From an uncultured bacterium (GTDB lineage Bacteria; Planctomycetota; Brocadiia; Brocadiales; Scalinduaceae): a DNA stretch of 14,433 bases. The DNA lies in the NCBI GenBank assembly GCA_964010955.1, contig CAXGMX010000023.1:1-14433 (forward strand), written 5' to 3'. Position 1 is the stretch's first letter; each line of letters begins with the position of its first letter. The position numbers were made by a program, and so were the translations under genes. This document shows, piece by piece, positions 9,044-14,433 of the stretch. The notes under the pieces were generated by a model. The model saw only the letters and a list, made by a program, of their open reading frames with translations, was not told the origin of the DNA and ran no database searches.

Positions 9044-10285
9044 ATGGGGCGTCGGGTAGCAGTTACTGGTCTTGGTGCAATAACCCCGGTAGGTCATGAG
9101 AAAGACCAACTTTGGGAATCGTTATGTAATGGGGAAAGTGGAATTTCTAACATAACGTCTTTTGACACAACAGGTCAGGATGTGTTAATTGCAGGAGAGG
9201 CATCGGATTTTGATCCAGGTAAATGGTTCGACAAGAAGGAAGAAAGAAGACTAGACAGATTTACTCAATTTGCTGTAGCTTCTGCAGCGCTTGCTATTGA
9301 AGATTCCGGACTTGACCTTGATAAGGTGGATAAGCGTAAGGCAGGCTCGATTATCGGTACCGGTATCGGTGGTATTATTGAGATTGAGGCACAGCATAAG
9401 GTTTTACTCGAAAGAGGCCCATCAAGAGTCTCGCCGTTTATGATTACCAAATTAATGGCCAATGCCGCACCGGGATACATCGCCATTAAATTCGGTCTTC
9501 AAGCCGCAAACTTTTCCATTATAACTGCATGCGCATCCGGTGCACACGCTATTGTTGAAGCTTTCCGGGTTGTTCAGAGTGGGGAAGCAGATATAATGGT
9601 TGCAGGTGGTACTGAGGCAACTATTACACCACTCTGCGTAAGTGCATTTAATAATATGAAGGCATTGTCCACAAGAAATGATGAACCTCTGAAGGCGAGC
9701 AGGCCTTTTGATAAAGATAGAGACGGATTCATAATTTCGGAAGGTTCAGGTATTATAATCCTGGAGGAAATGGAAAATGCAAAAAAAAGAGGTGCAAATA
9801 TTTATGCAGAGATGCTCGGATTTGGTATGAGTGATGATGCGCATCACATCACGGCTCCGCACCCTGAAGGCGCCGGTGCATATATTGCAATGGAAAATGC
9901 ATTAAAAAGTTCCAGGCTAAACCCTGAACAAATATCTTACATTAACGCACATGCGACATCTACTCCACTGGGAGACATGATTGAAATCAATTCTATCAAG
10001 AAAGTCTTTGGCGAACATGTAAAAAAATTATCAGTTAGTTCAACAAAATCCATGTTGGGACACCAATTAGGGGCATCAGGTGGTGTTGAGGCGTTGATAT
10101 GTTCGCTGATAGTGGGCAAAGGAGTTATACCACCTACGATAAACTATGAAACACCGGATCCAAACTGTAACGGTATGGACTTTGTGCCTAATGAAGCGAA
10201 GGAAAGAAACATAGAGAATGTGATGTCCAATTCTTTCGGTTTTGGCGGGCACAATGTAAGCATTATATTGGGAAAGGTTCGCTGA
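9044..10285 (+). CDS. fabF: 3-oxoacyl-ACP synthase II (FabF)
   Basis: RRVAVTGLGAITPVG, active site TACASGAHAI, INAHATSTPLGD, STKSMLGHQLGASGGVEAL, NSFGFGGHNVSIILGK. Confidence 0.97.
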   Translation: MGRRVAVTGLGAITPVGHEKDQLWESLCNGESGISNITSFDTTGQDVLIAGEASDFDPGKWFDKKEERRLDRFTQFAVASAALAIEDSGLDLDKVDKRKAGSIIGTGIGGIIEIEAQHKVLLERGPSRVSPFMITKLMANAAPGYIAIKFGLQAANFSIITACASGAHAIVEAFRVVQSGEADIMVAGGTEATITPLCVSAFNNMKALSTRNDEPLKASRPFDKDRDGFIISEGSGIIILEEMENAKKRGANIYAEMLGFGMSDDAHHITAPHPEGAGAYIAMENALKSSRLNPEQISYINAHATSTPLGDMIEINSIKKVFGEHVKKLSVSSTKSMLGHQLGASGGVEALICSLIVGKGVIPPTINYETPDPNCNGMDFVPNEAKERNIENVMSNSFGFGGHNVSIILGKVR

Positions 10286-10317
10286 TATCTGCTATCTGAA
10301 ACTATTGTATTAAGAAG

Positions 10318-11886
10318 TTATCGTACGAAGTCGTATTTGCCGTTATAAACAATAATGTGTTTTTTCCAATGTTTATCATCTGTGTCAGGATGATCCAGTC
10401 TGTAGTGTACACCCCTTGATTCACATCTCCTGTACGCTGAGCTGGAAATTAAGATTGATACTGTAAGCATATTTTGTACTTCCCAGCCAAGTGGTGATGA
10501 GAATTCGTTGCTGATTATATATTCTGACCAATGTTTAATATTCTTGATTGCTTCTTTAAGGTACTTGCCATCTCTTTCGATACCAACACTCCTCCACATT
10601 AAGCTTTTTAAAGAATGCTTTAGGTCTTCTAAATCCAGTTCGCTATATAAATGACCCTTTGAAGGTTCTTTGAAGGAACGTGGAGACAAGCCTTCTTTCT
10701 TTTCTTCCAGTTCCTTACCAGCCATATTACCGGTTCTATAACCAAATACAAGGCCTTCAAGTAATGAATTGCTGCCTAAGCGGTTTGCCCCATGTAAACC
10801 TGTACAAGACACTTCTCCACACGCATAGAGATTTTTCATGCTTGTTCTGCCATTCTGATCAACCTTAACACCACCTATCGTATAATGAGCGCTTGGGTGT
10901 ACGGGAATTAATTGCCTTGTTATGTCAATACCAAAGGATGCACATAATTTCTTTATCTTTGGGAACCTGGTCCCGAGTTTTTCTTTTGAAATGTGCCTTA
11001 CATCCAGATATACATGTGTATGGTCAGTTCTGCGTATCTCATGCACAATGCTCCTGCTGACTATATCTCTTGGTGCCAGTTCGGCGCTGGGATGATATTT
11101 TGACATGAACAATTCACCGTTTTTGTTCCTCAATACACCTCCTTCTCCGCGAACCGTTTCTGAAATCAAGACTCTTTCGGTACCGGCAACATATAATGTT
11201 GTTGGGTGGAATTGTACAAACTCAAGGTCCTGAAGCTTAACCCCGGCCCTGTAGGCCATTGCAATTCCATCTCCGGTTGCAACTTCAGGATTTGTCGTTT
11301 CTCTATAAACCTGGCCGCAACCTCCGGAAGCCAGAATAGTTTGTTTCGCCCATATCAATAATTTCCCTTCCTGGCTACGCCATGCTATAATTCCGTCGCA
11401 TGTATTCTTACTCACCAGCAGATCAAGGGCAAAAGTATGTTCAAAAACCCTGATTTGAGGATTTTTCTTAACCATATTTATCAGGGTTTCTTCAATTTCT
11501 TTACCTGTAGAGTCCCCTCTAGCCCGTAATATTCTTGGGTGGCTGTGCCCTCCCTCCTTTGTGAAGGCTAAATTTCCGTTTTCCTTATCAAATTTAGTGC
11601 CCCAGCTTATTAACTCTTTTACACGTTTCGGGCCCTCTCTGATTACGCTGCTGACGACTGTATCGTTACAAATGCCCTGACCGGTACTTAGAGTGTCGTC
11701 AATGTGACTCTTATAACTATCACCAATGTTTAATTTTGCAGCAATCCCTCCTTGCGCATGCTCAGTGCAATTTTCATTTATTTCAGTCTTTGTTACTACC
11801 AGGACTGATCCGCACTTTGCTGCATGGATAGCAGCGCTTAATCCAGCAACCCCGCTTCCTATTATAAGCGTATCTAGTAAAAACAT
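10318..11886 (-). CDS. nadB: L-aspartate oxidase
   Basis: 522-aa flavoprotein: DTLIIGSGVAGLSAAIHAA, ENCTEHAQGGIAAKL, VQFHPTTLYVAG, HPSAHYTIGGVKVDQNGRTSMKNLYACGEVSCTGLHGANRLGSNSLLEGLVFG. Confidence 0.94.
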   Translation of the reverse strand: MFLLDTLIIGSGVAGLSAAIHAAKCGSVLVVTKTEINENCTEHAQGGIAAKLNIGDSYKSHIDDTLSTGQGICNDTVVSSVIREGPKRVKELISWGTKFDKENGNLAFTKEGGHSHPRILRARGDSTGKEIEETLINMVKKNPQIRVFEHTFALDLLVSKNTCDGIIAWRSQEGKLLIWAKQTILASGGCGQVYRETTNPEVATGDGIAMAYRAGVKLQDLEFVQFHPTTLYVAGTERVLISETVRGEGGVLRNKNGELFMSKYHPSAELAPRDIVSRSIVHEIRRTDHTHVYLDVRHISKEKLGTRFPKIKKLCASFGIDITRQLIPVHPSAHYTIGGVKVDQNGRTSMKNLYACGEVSCTGLHGANRLGSNSLLEGLVFGYRTGNMAGKELEEKKEGLSPRSFKEPSKGHLYSELDLEDLKHSLKSLMWRSVGIERDGKYLKEAIKNIKHWSEYIISNEFSSPLGWEVQNMLTVSILISSSAYRRCESRGVHYRLDHPDTDDKHWKKHIIVYNGKYDFVR

Positions 11887-12058
11887 GTTGAAGTCGTTTT
11901 GCTGTCAAATGATACCTGATATCTCTTAAATATATTTTCCCTTGTCATTGTCTACAAATATTGTTAAGTTATAGAGCAATTAAGCATTAGTTAAATTGTA
12001 TATTTGTAATATGGCATTGTACAAAAAATAATGTCGGTTATAGGGCAAGCGCCTTGTA

Positions 12059-12087
12059 TTGACTTGTTTACTGTTACACATTCTATA
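12059..12087 (+). promoter_or_regulatory. Candidate promoter for the hemerythrin-like gene
   Basis: TTGACT-(17 nt)-TCTATA. The -10 is weak. Confidence 0.3.
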
Positions 12088-12140
12088 CAAATTTAAGCGG
12101 GGTAAATATTTGTAATTTAAAAAAAAGGGAGGGGAGTAAA

Positions 12141-12539
12141 ATGGGAGCAACTGTAGATGGTTTTAAAGCAACACACCAGGCAGCAGCAGGTTTATTAGGG
12201 CAAATTGATTCTCAGAGCGGACAAGAAAGAGCTGATACTCTTAATAGTTTAAAAGACGCGCTATTAGCACATGTTGGAGAAGAAAATAGCGTTATAACAG
12301 AAGCAATTGGGAAGTCAGATGATGAGTCATTTAAGTCGTCAGGACAGTCATTTATAGATGAACTCGGTAAGATTGCAGAGACTGCATTATTGCCATTCTT
12401 CGGTAAATATTCATCAGCTGAAGCAGTAGACAGTGATGATTTTGCAAATGATTTCGGTGGTATAAAAGGCGCACTTGCAGACAGGATTGCATTTGAGGAA
12501 GGAAAGTTTTATCCAGAGCTTGAAAAGCTGGGTTATTGA
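12141..12539 (+). CDS. Small degenerate hemerythrin/HHE-like domain protein
   Basis: 132-aa ORF with a very strong purine-rich SD (gggaggggag, 12128-12137). The helical pattern FKATH...LLAHVGEEN...RIAFEEGKFYPELEKLG resembles an HHE cation-binding four-helix bundle, but most ligand histidines are missing. Confidence 0.6.
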   Translation: MGATVDGFKATHQAAAGLLGQIDSQSGQERADTLNSLKDALLAHVGEENSVITEAIGKSDDESFKSSGQSFIDELGKIAETALLPFFGKYSSAEAVDSDDFANDFGGIKGALADRIAFEEGKFYPELEKLGY

Positions 12540-12566
12540 GATATACAAGTAGCACTGATTATGCAT

Positions 12567-12594
12567 CAATTAAGCGTTTACCCCGCTTTAATTG
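12567..12594. terminator. Candidate weak terminator hairpin between convergent genes
   Basis: caattaagcg ... cgctttaattg pairs with one bulge. It overlaps the 3' end of the arsC-like ORF and has no strong T run. Confidence 0.3.
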
Positions 12595-13009
12595 TTGTAA
12601 TGAGATGCTTAACTTTTTCTAATATATTCTGACGGACCTTTCTGAATACCTTCATCATTTCCTCTTCCGTGCCTGAAGTAGAGGCGGGATCTTCAATGCT
12701 CCAGTGTAGGGCTCTATACTTTCCGGGAAAAACGGGACAAAGCTCCTTCGCACTATCACATACAGTAATTACATAAGAGAATTCCTGGCCTAAAAACTCG
12801 TTCACTGTTATAGAATATTGATTTGTAATGTCTATATCTAATTCTGCCATCGCTTTGGTAGCGAGCGGGTGAACGTATGACGGTCTCAATCCGGCACTGT
12901 AGACTTCAAATTCACCATTTCCGTAATGTTTTAGCAGCCCTTCTGCCATCTGACTACGGCATGAGTTTCCCGTACACACAAATAATACTTTTGGTATACC
13001 CTGCATCAT
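12578..13009 (-). CDS. arsC: Thioredoxin-type arsenate reductase / low-molecular-weight protein tyrosine phosphatase family protein
   Basis: VLFVCTGNSCRSQMAEG P-loop (CX5R), SAGLRPSYVHPLA, VNEFLGQEFSYVITVCDSAKELCPVFPG (C-x6-C pair as in pI258-type ArsC), HWSIEDPASTSGTEEE. Confidence 0.88.
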   Translation of the reverse strand: MMQGIPKVLFVCTGNSCRSQMAEGLLKHYGNGEFEVYSAGLRPSYVHPLATKAMAELDIDITNQYSITVNEFLGQEFSYVITVCDSAKELCPVFPGKYRALHWSIEDPASTSGTEEEMMKVFRKVRQNILEKVKHLITTIKAG

Positions 13010-13014
13010 TTTAG

Positions 13015-13266
13015 TTATCGTCCCTCTTTTTTTAATGAAAAGGTTTGAGATTTATTATTCTTCCTTTCAAATAAATCAGAATAATTTGCTCCTTGACTGG
13101 TATTTGCAAAAGGAAACTTTAAAGTATTTGTCCCTTCATAACTTCTAAAAGGATTTGGCTCGTTAGACCAATCTAGATAACCTGATGAGCTTGCTGGGCG
13201 ATTCGGAAGGTGTTTTATTCTCTCGTGATATTCAATCACACTCTGCGAATGATTCTTTGTATTCAC
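13015..13266 (-). pseudogene. Truncated N-terminal fragment of a SagB/ThcOx-family nitroreductase-like protein
   Basis: 83-aa ORF with VIEYHERIKHL...GYLDWSNEPNPFRSYEGTNTLKFP, which resembles the N-terminus of SagB-type dehydrogenase domain proteins. The nitroreductase FMN domain is absent; the similarity ends near the C-terminus and arsC starts 5 nt away. Confidence 0.6.
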
Positions 13267-13269
13267 TCT

Positions 13270-14433
13270 GTAATCTCAGCGATAGGCTTATTTTTATGAA
13301 ACAATCCAATAAATGTTCGTTACCAACTGCCATAATCAGGAGAAACCATATCATTTGATTTAAAGATAACACTTAAGAGCATGGTAATGTAGAAAAAGTA
13401 CTTTGTTGTTCAGCTTGTCAAGCATCTCCTTTGCTCCGGTATCTTTTTTATTGTCATGACTGAAATATGTTGCCAGGAGGAGTGAGATAGTGATTCCAGT
13501 CATTGCAAAAAAACCTGCTATGATAACAAGGACAGAACCTATCTTCGTGTAGACCGCAATCGTAATTCCAATGATGATTACGGCATTTACTATGGCATCC
13601 ACTACTATGTCCAGCTTTTCTGCCAAATTCAGTGCCCATCTGCTTTAGCCTTGCAACCTCGCCGTCACATTGGTCAAACATGGTAGATGGGAAATATAAC
13701 TAACCGGCCGTTATGGTATAGGTGTATTCTCCAAGGGAAAAGAAAACCCCTGAAATAATGCCTAATATCAAGCTTATGATCGTAACCTGGTTTGGTGTGA
13801 CTGGCGTTCTTATGAGAAATCCGGAAATAAACCCTGATATCTTGCGGATTATATATCTGTCAATAATAGGGCTATCTGAGTAGGAGGCAGATGGTTGATC
13901 AATTTTTTTTCGTCTTCTGTTTGCATTTTCTAATCTTGGCAGGATTTCTCTTCCGGCTCTTTCTATATCCTCTTCAAAATCAATTTCAATCCATGGCAGA
14001 TCTTCTACTCTTTCAAAACCAATCGTGCAATGCGAAAGCAACTCGTGTAAAGAGTCTTCATATTCAACATTAACTTTTCCTGCCTGCTCAAATTCTTCAA
14101 GTATAGTTTTAAGTTTGTGGCAATCATTTGCCGCAAGTTTCAGAAATCCTACGCCTTCGCCCTTAAAATCACAATTCATAAGAAGAAACTTTGGAGATTC
14201 CGATTACTTTATCGCCTTTTACAAATAACATCATCTCTTCGCCGGTATCTTCGCTAGTTTTCATCCAGCAGGAAACAACTTTTGTTACTTGATTCAGCTA
14301 ACTTTATGAGTAACTTGTCGTGATACAATACATCGGCATCCATAATCAGCACGTCATCATTCAACTCATTTCTGGCATACCACAGGGATAGGATACTGCC
14401 CTTCGTATATTGTTCGTTTTCTATATATTTTAT
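13270..14433 (-). pseudogene. Decayed bifunctional protein: N-terminal NTP-transferase-like domain plus C-terminal CDP-alcohol phosphatidyltransferase domain (runs off the window)
   Basis: Minus-strand segments join in order: IKYIENEQYTKGSILSLWYARNELNDDVLIMDADVLYHDKLLIKLAESSNKSCFLLDEN / EDTGEEMMLFVKGDKVIGISKVSSYE / CDFKGEGVGFLKLA...RKISGFISGFLIRTPVTPNQVTIISLILGIISGVFFSLGEYTYTITAG / (TAG) / LYFPSTMFDQCDGEVARLKQMGTEFG / KLDIVVDAIVNAV.... Only across a frameshift does it give DGx2ARx8Gx3Dx3D. The 3' boundary is approximate. Confidence 0.8.

Noticed and set aside
5789-10285. Novel biosynthetic cluster (e.g. a special lipid pathway) hidden in the fab genes
   Set aside because: Content and order plsX-fabH-fabD-acpP-fabF match ordinary primary fatty-acid synthesis. 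No extra or unusual enzyme is present.
13360-13681. ORFs 13360-13626 and 13454-13681 as separate small proteins
   Set aside because: They are two frames of the same CDP-alcohol phosphatidyltransferase domain split by a 1-nt shift (…DGEVARLKQMGTEFG / KLDIVVD…).
1-14433. CRISPR arrays, transposons with terminal repeats, retrons, toxin-antitoxin or defense modules
   Set aside because: By eye I found no regularly spaced direct repeats, transposase, reverse transcriptase, nuclease or TA-like gene pair on either strand.

Overview
This AT-rich bacterial window is mostly housekeeping DNA. On the minus strand there is a tRNA-Gln(UUG) with a strong rho-independent terminator, preceded by ilvD. On the plus strand there is alaS, then a compact fatty-acid/phospholipid cluster rpmF-plsX-fabH-fabD-acpP-fabF. 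A convergent nadB follows, then a plus-strand gene for a small, degenerate hemerythrin-like protein. The last ~1.9 kb (minus strand) holds a thioredoxin-type arsenate reductase/LMW-PTPase-like gene, a truncated N-terminal piece of a SagB/ThcOx-family nitroreductase, and a decayed nucleotidyltransferase + CDP-alcohol phosphatidyltransferase gene that runs off the right edge. I see no CRISPR array, transposase, phage module, retron, toxin-antitoxin pair or defense system. I found no convincing evidence of a new biological system. The best second looks are: (1) rpmF, which as given is broken by one extra A in a run of six, with the entire conserved C-terminus intact in the +1 frame; (2) the multiply disrupted NTase/CDP-alcohol transferase pseudogene, whose catalytic motif is split across two frames; (3) the SagB-like remnant cut off directly next to arsC; (4) a long purine/pyrimidine inverted repeat in the rpmF leader; (5) a hemerythrin-like protein with only two histidines. 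An anammox-type (Brocadiales-like) planctomycete origin is only a guess.
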